Part shown: positions 46,361 through 56,368 of the stretch, piece after piece
Numbering within the stretch: the stretch's first letter is position 1
Layout of the letters: each line of letters opens with the position of its first letter
IMG/VR virus record: IMGVR_UViG_3300046030_000062
DNA length: 64,000 bases
Direction: 5' to 3' (one strand)
From: an uncultured virus (IMG/VR IMGVR_UViG_3300046030_000062)
Taxonomy: Duplodnaviria > Heunggongvirae > Uroviricota > Caudoviricetes
Notes under the pieces: generated by a model
Seen by the model: the letters and a program-made list of their open reading frames with translations, nothing else
Told to the model about the DNA's origin: nothing
Database searches by the model: none
Program-made: the position numbers and the translations under genes

Positions 46361-46489
46361 ATGGAGGACATTTATTTCAAGAGCACCTCGGTAGCAGCGG
46401 CCTGCGTGACCGGCGGCTCTGCGAATGGAAACATCATGTGGCTTTATTCCGATGGGCAGAGCATTAAAGATAAGACAGCAAATATTTAG
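46361..46489 (+). pseudogene. DUF4357-like C-terminal remnant
   Basis: EDIYFKSTSVAAACVTGGSANGNIMW...DGQSIKD matches the F.S.S.AA..V.G.S.NG...W pattern. Confidence 0.5.
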
Positions 46490-46535
46490 GCAGTGTATGC
46501 AATGCTGAAACAGAATGAGAGGGGGCTTATATAGT

Positions 46536-46919
46536 ATGACAGGCCAGGATAAGAATAATGAAACTAAAACACGTAAAGATCAGATGATGGATTCATTTCT
46601 TGATACTGGAACTGATTCTATGACAGAATGGGGAAAAGAATTTATTAAAACAAATGTACCTAAAACAATGGATTGGATTGTTGTACGAGTTAAGGATGTT
46701 TTTGCTTCCGTTAAAACCAAAGGTGACAACTCCATCAAATCAAGTGTACGAAAAGCAATACAAGCTGGAATTGAAATTGGGGAAGAAAACAAAGAACAGG
46801 CAATTACTCAGGCGATGATAAAAGCCGGAATTAGCGACATTAAGATCAAGCAGATTTTGGATAGTTCTGGCCAGTATTTAGTAACTTGGGATTCTATTGA
46901 ATCTCAGGACAAGAAATGA
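46536..46919 (+). CDS. Hypothetical protein
   Basis: AT-rich ORF with GAGGGGG RBS. Confidence 0.6.
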   Translation: MTGQDKNNETKTRKDQMMDSFLDTGTDSMTEWGKEFIKTNVPKTMDWIVVRVKDVFASVKTKGDNSIKSSVRKAIQAGIEIGEENKEQAITQAMIKAGISDIKIKQILDSSGQYLVTWDSIESQDKK

Positions 46920-47206
46920 GTTTTTGCAAAAATCGTGACATTTATAAGGTTGAGACGATGGCAATCGTGGAGCAATTCCCTTGCACCAATCTGGCACTAA
47001 GGTTGAGACAGTGGGCACAAGGCCCAGATGCCATATATAAGGTACGTTCAAGCCGTGGAGCAATTCCCGCGAACGTACAAAAGTGTGTAGATAAGTTTTC
47101 GTGAACCGAAAAAAGCAGTTGAACAATTCCCACGAACAAACGGGCAGAAAATCGGAGGTTCACGAGAACTGGTCAATAAGGAGACATCAAGATGGAGCAA
47201 TCGGGC

Positions 47207-47248
47207 CATGTTGAGACCGTAGTATTGATGTCAAGGCGCAGGGACTGA
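47207..47248 (+). other. att junction: 3' end of rlmD/rumA (HVETVVLMSR)
   Basis: CATGTTGAGACCGTAGTATTGATGTCAAGG encodes HVETVVLMSR, the conserved RlmD C-terminus and a known serine-recombinase target. Confidence 0.8.
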
Positions 47249-47472
47249 AGTGTAAAAGAACCCGGTAATCAAGCCATTTTCGGGATTCGTGTTGTTCAGG
47301 ACGGCTTAGAGATTACCGGCATGAAGCACTCTGCGGGAACTTATCAAACATGCCTTTCTCTTAGGGTTGAGACTCGCGATTGGATATTCGATAGGTTGTG
47401 ACTTGTGATTGGATGTAGTGTTCAGGTTGGATGTCAAGATGGCTGATATGATTTTGCCCAAGGAGGTCAGAC

Positions 47473-47655
47473 ATGAAAAGAGAGACAGCGATAATCATCG
47501 TGTTGCTGATTGGAATTGCGATGGCGATTCTTTGGAGCTTTGTTTTTGTGAATGTGCTTCACAGTATGGCAGGAATCGGAGTCGGCGTTTGCTTCGGCAT
47601 TGCCTTTGCTGCCTCGACAGGTGTGATTCTCCACAGTAAAAAGAATAAAAAGTAG
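47473..47655 (+). CDS. Small two-helix membrane protein
   Basis: RBS AGGAGG; two hydrophobic segments and a basic tail. Confidence 0.7.
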   Translation: MKRETAIIIVLLIGIAMAILWSFVFVNVLHSMAGIGVGVCFGIAFAASTGVILHSKKNKK

Positions 47656-47685
47656 CCAACATATTTCATGTAGAAGATAAAAAGA

Positions 47686-47730
47686 GAGCAGGCCGCTCTG
47701 GGAGACAATCCCATGAGCGAGCCTGCTTTT
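47686..47730 (+). terminator. Terminator-like hairpin between convergent genes
   Basis: GCAGGC.GCTC...GAGC.AGCCTGC followed by TTTT. Confidence 0.6.
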
Positions 47731-49297
47731 ATTCGTTGATGTCGATGGCGAGTCCGGATTTGAACCGGACGGTGAAGTGGTCGTCGTAGACGGTGATCTG
47801 CTGGATGAGCTTTCGGACAAGGCTTTCGTCGAATTCTGTGATTTCGGCCTGCTGCTTTCCGATGAATTCCTGCAGCTCGGCGATGCGCTTCTGCGTCTCC
47901 TCGCGGCTGCGGGTATCGGCTTCGGCCTGTGATTTCTGCTCCCGCAGCCGGAAGATTTCATCGGCGATGGCGTCGTAGTCCTGCTTGTTGTTGGCTTTGC
48001 GGATGAGTTCCTTCTGTAGCTCGTCGAGCCGTGCCTGAATGCCGTCCGGGCTCATCGTGTCGGCGGTGGTTATCGTTTTGGCAATGTTCTCCTGCATCTG
48101 CCGGATGAAGCCGTCCCTGTCGGTGAGAATCAGGTTAAACGCCTTGACCGTGACCTCCTGCAGAAGGTCTTCCTTGACGGTTCGGCTGGTGCAGTTCATG
48201 GTTGCGCGGCTGGGTTCAAGGCGGCTGATGCATCGCCAGACAATGCTTTTGCAGCCGTGGTTGTTCCAGTGGACGCGCCGGTAAAGCTCGCCGCATTCGC
48301 CGCAGACGACCATCTGTGAGAAGCAGTTGTTGCCGGAGTAGATGCGCTTCTGTCCGTTCGGCCCGGTGTGAACCTTCCTGCGCCGCACAAGCTCGGCCTG
48401 CACCTGCATGAAGATGTCCTTCGGAATGATGGCCTCATGATCGTCTTCCACATAGTACTGCGGCAGGGCTCCGGTGTTGCGTACGCGTTTCTTGGTGAGG
48501 AAGTCCGTGGTCACGGTTTTCTGCAGCAGGGCATCTCCCATGTATTTCTCATTTCGCAGGATCTTGTTGATGGTGGAGTCGTACCATTTTGTCTTTCCCG
48601 CGCCGGTGAGGATGCCGTCCTTCTCCAGCCCTTCGGCGATCCTCTTCATGGAAAGACCTTCGAGGTACTCCCGGTAGATGCGCTTGACGACCTCCGCCTG
48701 CTCCGGGTCGATGACGAGGTGGCCGTCGCTGTCCTTGGTGTATCCGAGGAAGTGGTTGTGGTTGACCTGCACCTTGCCCTGCTGGTAGCGGTACTGGAGC
48801 CCGAGCTTCACGTTCTGCGAAAGCGACTGCGATTCCTGCTGCGCGAGGCTCGCCATGATGGTGATTAGGACCTCGCCCTTGGAGTCCATCGTATTGATGG
48901 ATTCCTTTTCGAACCATACCGCGATGTTCTTGTCCTTGAGGAGCCGGATGTACTTGAGGCAGTCGAGCGTGTTGCGGGCGAAGCGGCTGATGCTCTTGGT
49001 GATGACCATGTCGATGTTCCCGGCCATGCATTCGTCGATCATGCGGTTGAACTCGTCACGCTTCTTCGTGTTTGTGCCGCTGATTCCATCGTCGGCGAAG
49101 ATTCCGGCAAGCTCCCATTCCGGGTGGCTTTTGATGTACTCCGTGTAGTGGGAGACCTGCGTTTCGTAGCTGGTTTCCTGTTCGTCCGAATCAGTGCTGA
49201 CGCGGCAGTATGCCGCCACGCGTAGCTTCGGCTGCTCGGCTTGCTTGACGTTGTTTCCGACCTGCCGTCTGGCAGGGATGATTGTCACGTTTGCCAT
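47729..49297 (-). CDS. Large serine recombinase
   Basis: AAYCRVST; close homolog of 69-1637. Confidence 0.95.
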   Translation of the reverse strand: MANVTIIPARRQVGNNVKQAEQPKLRVAAYCRVSTDSDEQETSYETQVSHYTEYIKSHPEWELAGIFADDGISGTNTKKRDEFNRMIDECMAGNIDMVITKSISRFARNTLDCLKYIRLLKDKNIAVWFEKESINTMDSKGEVLITIMASLAQQESQSLSQNVKLGLQYRYQQGKVQVNHNHFLGYTKDSDGHLVIDPEQAEVVKRIYREYLEGLSMKRIAEGLEKDGILTGAGKTKWYDSTINKILRNEKYMGDALLQKTVTTDFLTKKRVRNTGALPQYYVEDDHEAIIPKDIFMQVQAELVRRRKVHTGPNGQKRIYSGNNCFSQMVVCGECGELYRRVHWNNHGCKSIVWRCISRLEPSRATMNCTSRTVKEDLLQEVTVKAFNLILTDRDGFIRQMQENIAKTITTADTMSPDGIQARLDELQKELIRKANNKQDYDAIADEIFRLREQKSQAEADTRSREETQKRIAELQEFIGKQQAEITEFDESLVRKLIQQITVYDDHFTVRFKSGLAIDINE

Positions 49298-49716
49298 CAC
49301 TGCGCCTCACTTTCAATCAGGCTGTACAGGTATTCCGCCTGCTGCTTTGTGTCGTCATAGGCCTGCTCGGGAGCGGCCAGCTTGAAATGGGTCGGCGGTT
49401 TTCGTGTGTCCGGCGACTGCTTTTTTCTGTTCGTCCGTCCGAGCTTCTCTGCCCGGTGCAGGCGTTCGGCTTGTGCTTTGTCGTAGGTTTGCTGGTCGAT
49501 GATGGCGGGGTAGTAGTCGTCTCCGAGGTAGTGTCTGTTTTCGAGCAGGCGCTTTGCCGAGCCGTGCCAGGTCTGGATTCCCGCTTCGTGTGCAGCCTTG
49601 GCAAGCGCCATGCCATCAAGGTAGTTTTTGTAGAGGTTTCTTATCTGCTGGGCTTTCTCTTTATCGATGACCGCTTTGCCGTTTTCGATTCTGTATCCGT
49701 ATGGTGTGTGTCCCAT
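49297..49716 (-). CDS. Small recombinase-domain-only protein
   Basis: MGHTPYGY start; homolog of 1637-2053. Confidence 0.8.
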   Translation of the reverse strand: MGHTPYGYRIENGKAVIDKEKAQQIRNLYKNYLDGMALAKAAHEAGIQTWHGSAKRLLENRHYLGDDYYPAIIDQQTYDKAQAERLHRAEKLGRTNRKKQSPDTRKPPTHFKLAAPEQAYDDTKQQAEYLYSLIESEAQ

Positions 49717-49721
49717 GTTTT

Positions 49722-51281
49722 TCACATCCTTTCCGTGAGCGTGAGCCCGCATTTGAGCTGGAATACTGCCTCGTGCCGTGAGCGAATGACAATACGTTCA
49801 ACGAACCGTGTAAAAAGCCGGTCGTCGAAGTATTCCAGCATCGAGCTTTTCTCGGTGAAGTGCAGCAGATCCTCTGCATGCATCAGAGCTGTGGCTTCAC
49901 TGCTTGTCGTGTTCTGCAGGGCGTCTATCTGTTTTCGAATGCCATCGGCCTGCGAGAGAAGCTCGGCTGTTTGCTGGCTGTAGATCACTTGGTCGATGAA
50001 TCCCTGCGCCATGAGCTTCGTGAGCGTCTTGCGTTTGTCGGCATTCTCGGCAAGGCTTGTTTCAAGCTGCTGTATTCGGCTGAGTGTCTGGCTCGTAGAA
50101 TTCCGCTTCAAACTTTCCGCATATGGCTTGAGGATCAGCCGGTGCACAAAGATGAGCTTGTTCATCATGGTCATGAATGCGAGCTTGAGGTCGCTGTCCC
50201 GGATGAAGAGCATGGAGCATTTGCTCTTGTCGGCGAGATGCGTCTTGCAGCTCCATGCCGCGTAGCTTCCGTCTGTTGTGTAGTTGATGCGCCGCTTGAA
50301 TGTTGCGCCGCACTCGCCGCAGATGATTCTGCCGGAGAATGCGTAGCGGTTCTGGTACTTTTCATCGCCCTTGCTGATATTCTTCTCATCAGCCCGCTGC
50401 GAGATGAGCTTTTGCGCGGCTTCCCAGTCCTCGCGGCTGACGATCGGCTCGTGATGATTCTGCTGCAGGTACTGTGTTTGTTCACCGTGGTTCAGGTGCC
50501 GCTTGTAGGCTGAATCCGACCATGTCTTCTGGTAAAGGCAGTCGCCGCAGTATTTCTCGTTTGCGATCATCCCGCGGATTCCTGACGGGCTCCAGCGCCC
50601 GCCTCGCTTCGTCGGGATCTGCTCCCGGTTGAGCTCCGCGGCAATGGCAGCGGTACCCTTTCCGGCAAGTGTCTCTGAGAAGATACGGCGGACAATCTGC
50701 GCCTGCTCCGGGTTAATGGTCATCGTCTCGCCGTCCCAGTCGTAGCCGTATGGCGGATAGCTTATCTTGAACGTGCCGTTCTCGAACCGTTTTTTGATGC
50801 TCCATTTGCTGTTCAGGCTGATGGAAAGGGATTCGTCTGCTGCCATGCTGGAGAGGATGGAGAGGAACAGTTCGCTTTCCATCGAACCGGTGTTGATGTT
50901 TTCCTTTTCAAACCAGATGGGAATATTCAGCTCGAGGAGCTTTCGGACGAGTTCAAGACAGTCGGTGGTGTTGCGTGAGAATCGGCTGATGCTCTTGGTG
51001 ATGACCATGTCGATCTTCCCGGCCTTGCAGTCCTGCATGAGCCGTTCAAGCTCCGGACGTCTGGATTTGCCGGTGCCGCTGATGCCCTCGTCGTAGTAGA
51101 TCCCGGCGAACCGCCAGTCGTCACGAGAGGTGATGTAGCTTTCATAGTGCGTCTTCTGTGTTTCAAGGCTTTCAAGCTGTTCGTCCGAGTCCGTGGAGAC
51201 GCGGCAGTAGGCGGCAACACGCAGCTTCTTTGACTCTGTTTTTCCCCTGTTTGCCTGTTCGATTCTTGTGATTTTCTTCAA
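49722..51281 (-). CDS. Large serine recombinase (second)
   Basis: AAYCRVST; homolog of 2058-3617; TTG start. Confidence 0.95.
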   Translation of the reverse strand: MKKITRIEQANRGKTESKKLRVAAYCRVSTDSDEQLESLETQKTHYESYITSRDDWRFAGIYYDEGISGTGKSRRPELERLMQDCKAGKIDMVITKSISRFSRNTTDCLELVRKLLELNIPIWFEKENINTGSMESELFLSILSSMAADESLSISLNSKWSIKKRFENGTFKISYPPYGYDWDGETMTINPEQAQIVRRIFSETLAGKGTAAIAAELNREQIPTKRGGRWSPSGIRGMIANEKYCGDCLYQKTWSDSAYKRHLNHGEQTQYLQQNHHEPIVSREDWEAAQKLISQRADEKNISKGDEKYQNRYAFSGRIICGECGATFKRRINYTTDGSYAAWSCKTHLADKSKCSMLFIRDSDLKLAFMTMMNKLIFVHRLILKPYAESLKRNSTSQTLSRIQQLETSLAENADKRKTLTKLMAQGFIDQVIYSQQTAELLSQADGIRKQIDALQNTTSSEATALMHAEDLLHFTEKSSMLEYFDDRLFTRFVERIVIRSRHEAVFQLKCGLTLTERM

Positions 51282-51310
51282 TTGGCCTGCCTCCTTGTCA
51301 GTGTCTATCA

Positions 51311-51337
51311 ATCACTCTGTTTCGGACACATAGCAAG
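51311..51337 (-). promoter_or_regulatory. Motif B copy
   Basis: CTTG-N15-AGAGTGAT at the position equivalent to 3648-3674. Confidence 0.65.
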
Positions 51338-51524
51338 CAGTTTTCGGATATATTTCCGCAAACAAGGGAGAGAAAGTTTCGCGGTTGATGTCGCATAATT
51401 TGTTGAATTCGTCATCGGAAATAAGGCCTGAATCAAGCATGCATCTGGCAGTCCTCTGCGCCCGCTGATAGTCGAGATCACTGCGGATGCGCTCGTCCGT
51501 GTAGTAGTTCTTTTCCTCCGTCAT
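51312..51524 (-). CDS. SHOCT-like small protein
   Basis: MLDSGLISDDEFNKL; homolog of 3670-3876. Confidence 0.75.
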   Translation of the reverse strand: MTEEKNYYTDERIRSDLDYQRAQRTARCMLDSGLISDDEFNKLCDINRETFSPLFAEIYPKTACYVSETE

Positions 51525-51542
51525 GATGTTTCGCCTCCTGCT

Positions 51543-51575
51543 TTCCACTGGAGGCTGGAGGCCTGTTTTGACGAA
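51543..51575 (-). promoter_or_regulatory. Diverged motif A copy
   Basis: CTCCAGTGGAA box kept; upstream box is TTCGTCAAAA. Confidence 0.55.
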
Positions 51576-51584
51576 GCGAAAACG

Positions 51585-51630
51585 AAAAAAGGCCCACCGG
51601 CAATCCCGTATAAAGGAATACCAGTGGGCC
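51585..51630 (-). terminator. Intrinsic terminator after the endolysin gene
   Basis: GGCCCACTGG...CCGGTGGGCC followed by TTTTTT. Confidence 0.8.
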
Positions 51631-51646
51631 AGAGGAGATGATGTGG

Positions 51647-52597
51647 TTATTTCACGCGAATCCGCCATCCGACCTGGATGAGGTTCACGTTCTTTATAAG
51701 CGAGCTGTTCAGCTTCTGGATTGCGGAAACGGTCGTGCCGTACTTTTTCGCGACGCCGGAGAGCGTGTCTCCCTTCTGAATCGTGTAGTAAGTCGCGGTC
51801 GATTTCTTACCGGAAGAGCCGAGCTTCTCGTTGACCTTGGCCTGCACGGCGGCATAGTCATATCCGGCTGCGGTCAGGCGGTTCTTGCGGTCAGAGCCAT
51901 TGCCCCATTTCCCGGCGATGACCTCGGCTGCAATCTCATCCACAGATTTCTTTGCTGTCGTCGTGATGGTGGACGCTGCGCTCTTGCCATAGCCGTTGAA
52001 TCCGCCGTTTTTGATTGCCGACGGGAAGTCGATGTAGGAATAGTCCATGTCGACATTTCCGCTTATTCCATTGACCTTGCCTTTGGACGAATACTGCCAG
52101 ACGCCGTAGCTGCCGGAGTAGCTGCACTTGCTCGACCATTGCGCCACCCAGACGGTGAACCGCTTTTTCACGGCGTCAGATATCACGGAGTTCAGGCTTG
52201 AGAGCGAGGTGTAGAATCCTGCGTAATAGCCGAGCCGTTCGAGTTCCGTGCAGAACGCCGTGATGAGCGATGAGCAGAAATCCTTCCCGCGCGAAAGCTG
52301 GGACTTCTCCTCGATGTCGAAGTAGACCGGGTAATCAAGCTGCTTGCCTGAGAGCACCTTGGCGCAGGACTGCGCTTCCTGCTTCGCACCGTCAGCGGAT
52401 GTGGCGTATGAATACCAGTATGCGCCGATGTGGAGCCCGGCTGCTTTTGCTTTCCGGTAGTTCTCATCGAACCATTTGTCCTTGTTCCCGTTGCCGTATC
52501 CGGCGCGGATAATCACAAAATTGATGCCTGACACTTTGACCTTGCCAAAGTCGATGTTTCCCTGCCAGACCGATACGTCTATTCCCTTGATAGCCAT
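51647..52597 (-). CDS. Endolysin: GH25 + Cpl-7 + LysM
   Basis: GIDVSVWQG, YFDIE, EVIAGKWGNG, YTIQKGDTLS. Confidence 0.93.
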   Translation of the reverse strand: MAIKGIDVSVWQGNIDFGKVKVSGINFVIIRAGYGNGNKDKWFDENYRKAKAAGLHIGAYWYSYATSADGAKQEAQSCAKVLSGKQLDYPVYFDIEEKSQLSRGKDFCSSLITAFCTELERLGYYAGFYTSLSSLNSVISDAVKKRFTVWVAQWSSKCSYSGSYGVWQYSSKGKVNGISGNVDMDYSYIDFPSAIKNGGFNGYGKSAASTITTTAKKSVDEIAAEVIAGKWGNGSDRKNRLTAAGYDYAAVQAKVNEKLGSSGKKSTATYYTIQKGDTLSGVAKKYGTTVSAIQKLNSSLIKNVNLIQVGWRIRVK

Positions 52598-52599
52598 AA

Positions 52600-53013
52600 T
52601 TACTGTTCCTCCTTGTCGTTTCTGTCGTGAAGCTGTTCAAGCACATCCTTGAGCTTGCCGGGAATCGGAAGTCCGAGATGTGCGGCGTTCTCAGTGAGAG
52701 AAAGACCTTCATTCGAAATGTAGAAGAATATGATTGCGGTTCTCAGCACGCCCTCATGTCCGAGCACGTGGATGTCGAGGATGTTGGCGATGCCGACCAG
52801 AATGAAGATCAAGACTTTCCTGCAGATTCCTTTGAATCCAACTGCAGACGAGAGCTTCTTGTCCGCGATGGCGCAGAGCACGCCGGTAATGTAGTCGCAG
52901 ACCACGAAGATGATCAGCGCGATAAGAAGCCCGTCGCATCCTCCGAGAAAGTAGCCGAGCCATCCTCCGATGGCCGCGAAAATGAGCTGTATGGTGTTCC
53001 AGAATTCCTTCAT
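52600..53013 (-). CDS. Phage holin
   Basis: Homolog of 4967-5380. Confidence 0.9.
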   Translation of the reverse strand: MKEFWNTIQLIFAAIGGWLGYFLGGCDGLLIALIIFVVCDYITGVLCAIADKKLSSAVGFKGICRKVLIFILVGIANILDIHVLGHEGVLRTAIIFFYISNEGLSLTENAAHLGLPIPGKLKDVLEQLHDRNDKEEQ

Positions 53014-53100
53014 CAAAATGTCCCTCCTTTGATTTTGAGCAAAATGAAAGGCCGCCAGTGGTACGCTGACAGCCTTGAAAAAACTCTGTGATTTATGAAG

Positions 53101-55581
53101 TTATGAGGTGTCGGTCTGTTTCGGCAATGCCTCCCAGAGCCTTAAATCCTCCTGCCCGAGCGACCAGATCGCGATGCCGCGAAGTCCCCAGTGGTACGCC
53201 GCCTGATTCGCCCAGTAGACGAGCGAATCCACGTCCTGATAGTAGAGAATGGAAAATCCGTCCGCGTCTCCGAGGAAAAGCCGCGAGATCCAGATGTCGA
53301 TGTCCTTCGGCGTGATCGTCACCGTGTAGTCCTTCCCGCATTCGAGGTCGAGCTGTGCCGAGTGGTAGAATTCGTAGTCCATTGAGATGGATTCGCTTCT
53401 TGTAGTGGATTCCTCAACATCCGAGGTGAGCGTGAACACCTGGAATTCGTCGTCCCATGTGCAGTTGCTCCGGCTGATGCGTCCGTACTGGGTGACGCTG
53501 CCGTCTGGGAAGGTCACGTCGAAGCGTTCGTATGGCTCGTACGTCCACGCGTCGCCCATGCGGAGCAGTTCGCAGATCGTCCTCTGGTCAGACTGGTATC
53601 CGGCGGTTCCTCCTGAGAATCCGCTGACCGTTGCGGTGAACCGCAGCGTATTTGACGCGCCGGAATAGACGCGCACGGTGCTGCCGCGAATCCGCATCTC
53701 GACGGTGTAGGTGGTTGGATCGGTACGGAGACTTGCGGTCGGCGTCTGCTGAATCGACTGCGAGTAGCTTCCGAGCTTTGTACTTCCGTTCCACAGCTCC
53801 ACGGCCTGACTGCTGTAGTTGAGACAGCAGAACAGGCTGCCGCAGAAGACGCCCGCCTTGCCAGTGCTTCCCGCTGGAAACGCAAGCCGCGCCCGGAGGT
53901 GAACGTCCTTGAATCCGTCGTAGTTCCATGCAAATTTGCCGCTGCCGTCGAGTTGGGAATAAACGCGGGATTCGGAATACTCGTCCGATCGCCAGACTTT
54001 CCATGAGCCGGACAGCGTCTGCCAGTAGTTCGTTTCGAGCATGCCGTAATCCTCGAAATCCTCGTACCAGATAAGCGCGGAGTCTGGTTTCCTTCTCAGC
54101 ATTTCACAGGTGAGCTTGAAGCCTTTATCAGGTTGGCACTCATTGCCATCCACATCAATGAAGTGGCGGGGAGAAAGCGTGAACGACGCACTTCCTGCTG
54201 ACGGCTCCTCGCTGAAATCCGAGCAGACGCGGAATCCGTAGAACTGCACGCCCTTCACGTCAACCGATACCGTGATGGTGTGCGTTCCGGCTGACAGGCT
54301 GATGCCGTCCGCGAGCGAAGCCCAGAAGGTGCTGCGCCAGTACGGCCACCAGAGCCGCGACTCGGTGAAATGCTTCTGCGTCCCGTCAATGCTGACATAT
54401 ATTCCGTTCTTGTCCCAGAATGGATAGCAGAGCCGGACGGCAATGTCGTATGTTCCGGAGCTTGAAACGGAGAAGGTGTAGGTCGCTTCTCCTTCGTCAC
54501 CCATGACCGCGACGCCGTTCTTCGATGATACGATGCCGGTATAGCTGTCCGGCGTGCCGTCATGATCTACATAGACCGTTCCGAACGAGGTCTTTTGCAT
54601 CTTGCTGTAGGCGGTGAGATAGCGCCTGCGGTTGTAGGTTCCGGCCATCAGCGGGTAGTTGTAGCTGCTTGCGTCCTGACCTTCAGCGAAGTCGTAGACC
54701 TGCGGGAAGGCGTACGGCACCTTGTTGTAGTCGTCCCAGTACGCGAGAATCGGGATAAACGGCTGCGGAGCTGCGTCGTCCGTGAAGTTGTACTTTCCCG
54801 TCATCCAGTTCTTGGCGGCGTAGTAGGTGTTGGATACTCCTCGATATGTGTTGCCGAGGTTTTCCGGCGTATCGTAAATCTGCCAGTTCCAGCCGTATGC
54901 CGGAAGTCCCATGAACACCTTTCCCGGCGTCATTGCTTTGACTGCGTAGTCGTAGATGCCGTCGAGCCAGTCCTTTGGAGATACCGGACCCGGAGCGCTC
55001 CCAGCCCACGCCATTCCATAACTCATGATGGCCGCCGTATCGCAGTACGCGTTCAGGTCAGCGTATACGCACCAGTTCTCGCCGCCGACCGAGCCATTGA
55101 TGGAATCCATGCCGGGCAGGCAGATGTTGACCTTCTTCGTGCCGTCGTAGGCTTTGACCGTGTTCCAGATGTTGCGGAACATCGCCGTTGACTTGGCGTG
55201 CGTGGAATAGTCGCCGCCGCGCTCGAGGTCGATGTCGACTCCCGCGCACCACGGATACTTCTCCATGATCCGCACGAGCTCGGTGAGGAACTTGTCCTGC
55301 GCACCGTCGGTGTTCTCGCGAAGGGCTGTGAACACGCTCGAGGTTCCGTCGTTGCGGACGGTCAGCAGCCACGTGATGCGCGGATACTTGTTGATGTACG
55401 TCAGCATGTCGGATATGGCTACACCGCTCTCGGTAATCGTCCCTGTAGCGTCCACCTTAAAAGAAAAGAGACCTACCTGCGAGAGGCGGTCTCCGTAATT
55501 CTTAAGAGCAGTGTACATCCGGGCGTTTCCCATGAACGTCCAGACCATGCATTTGCGGCCTTTTAAGATATCCAGACTCAT
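53101..55581 (-). CDS. GH18 glycoside hydrolase with large insertion
   Basis: GVDIDLE, IMSYG, WSLGQED; homolog of 5460-7931. Confidence 0.85.
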   Translation of the reverse strand: MSLDILKGRKCMVWTFMGNARMYTALKNYGDRLSQVGLFSFKVDATGTITESGVAISDMLTYINKYPRITWLLTVRNDGTSSVFTALRENTDGAQDKFLTELVRIMEKYPWCAGVDIDLERGGDYSTHAKSTAMFRNIWNTVKAYDGTKKVNICLPGMDSINGSVGGENWCVYADLNAYCDTAAIMSYGMAWAGSAPGPVSPKDWLDGIYDYAVKAMTPGKVFMGLPAYGWNWQIYDTPENLGNTYRGVSNTYYAAKNWMTGKYNFTDDAAPQPFIPILAYWDDYNKVPYAFPQVYDFAEGQDASSYNYPLMAGTYNRRRYLTAYSKMQKTSFGTVYVDHDGTPDSYTGIVSSKNGVAVMGDEGEATYTFSVSSSGTYDIAVRLCYPFWDKNGIYVSIDGTQKHFTESRLWWPYWRSTFWASLADGISLSAGTHTITVSVDVKGVQFYGFRVCSDFSEEPSAGSASFTLSPRHFIDVDGNECQPDKGFKLTCEMLRRKPDSALIWYEDFEDYGMLETNYWQTLSGSWKVWRSDEYSESRVYSQLDGSGKFAWNYDGFKDVHLRARLAFPAGSTGKAGVFCGSLFCCLNYSSQAVELWNGSTKLGSYSQSIQQTPTASLRTDPTTYTVEMRIRGSTVRVYSGASNTLRFTATVSGFSGGTAGYQSDQRTICELLRMGDAWTYEPYERFDVTFPDGSVTQYGRISRSNCTWDDEFQVFTLTSDVEESTTRSESISMDYEFYHSAQLDLECGKDYTVTITPKDIDIWISRLFLGDADGFSILYYQDVDSLVYWANQAAYHWGLRGIAIWSLGQEDLRLWEALPKQTDTS

Positions 55582-56159
55582 ATCACATCACCGTCCTCCA
55601 TCTCCTGAAACTCCACATACAGCCTCGCCGATTTCTTCTCCTCGACTGCAACAGGATGCTTGCTATCTCCGGCTGCGGAGTACTGGAAGAACCCGTCCTT
55701 CGAGGTTGCCGAGCCATTCTTTAAGCACTGCCGGGTTGATGCGAGAAGGGATAATTCATCACCGGCATTTGCAGCATCCGTGAACGTCGCCTTATGCGCT
55801 CCTGCACCGAGGGCAAGGGAAACGCTTCCGGATTTCATGTTCTGATTCGGATAGATTTTCCAGTCAAGTCCGGTCGAGGTCTTGCCGAGATTAAAAATAA
55901 TGCAGGTGGCGCTCCCTCTGACGATACCGTTGAAGAACCGCTTCCCGGAAACAGCGTATTCATCGCCGGTCGCATACTTCTTTTGCAAGGTCTCGGTATT
56001 GATGACATACCCGGAAAGCATCGCGCCTTCCTGCAGCATGAGGTCTGTAAACCAGAATGTCCCGGTGCAGTCGGTGACCACAGGCTTTACGGTGACGCTC
56101 ACGATCCGCTTATCCTCTTTCTTATCGATTGTCTCCGTGAATCTTGTGAATATCGGCAT
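55578..56159 (-). CDS. Tail-associated hypothetical protein
   Basis: Homolog of 7928-8506. Confidence 0.75.
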   Translation of the reverse strand: MPIFTRFTETIDKKEDKRIVSVTVKPVVTDCTGTFWFTDLMLQEGAMLSGYVINTETLQKKYATGDEYAVSGKRFFNGIVRGSATCIIFNLGKTSTGLDWKIYPNQNMKSGSVSLALGAGAHKATFTDAANAGDELSLLASTRQCLKNGSATSKDGFFQYSAAGDSKHPVAVEEKKSARLYVEFQEMEDGDVI

Positions 56160-56161
56160 AA

Positions 56162-56356
56162 TCAGTCACCGTCCTGCGTCCACTGAATCTCGCTGACATG
56201 TCCCACCCAGCCGGTCGCGATAGAGCCGCCCTGCAGGAACATATCCGTGATGTAAATTGTGCCGGTGCAGTCCGTCACGCAGACGCGGATGCGGATTTTC
56301 TTCACGCGTCCATTTTGCGGAGAAACCGCTTGCGCCATATGATTAAAAGAAGCCAT
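56162..56356 (-). CDS. Small tail-associated protein
   Basis: Homolog of 8507-8698. Confidence 0.75.
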   Translation of the reverse strand: MASFNHMAQAVSPQNGRVKKIRIRVCVTDCTGTIYITDMFLQGGSIATGWVGHVSEIQWTQDGD

Positions 56357-56368
56357 CTGAATACCTCC

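Noticed and set aside
46946..47373. Short repeats as a possible CRISPR array
   Set aside because: Repeats are only about 8-20 bp, of two kinds and irregularly spaced, with no cas genes; att-like sequences explain them better.
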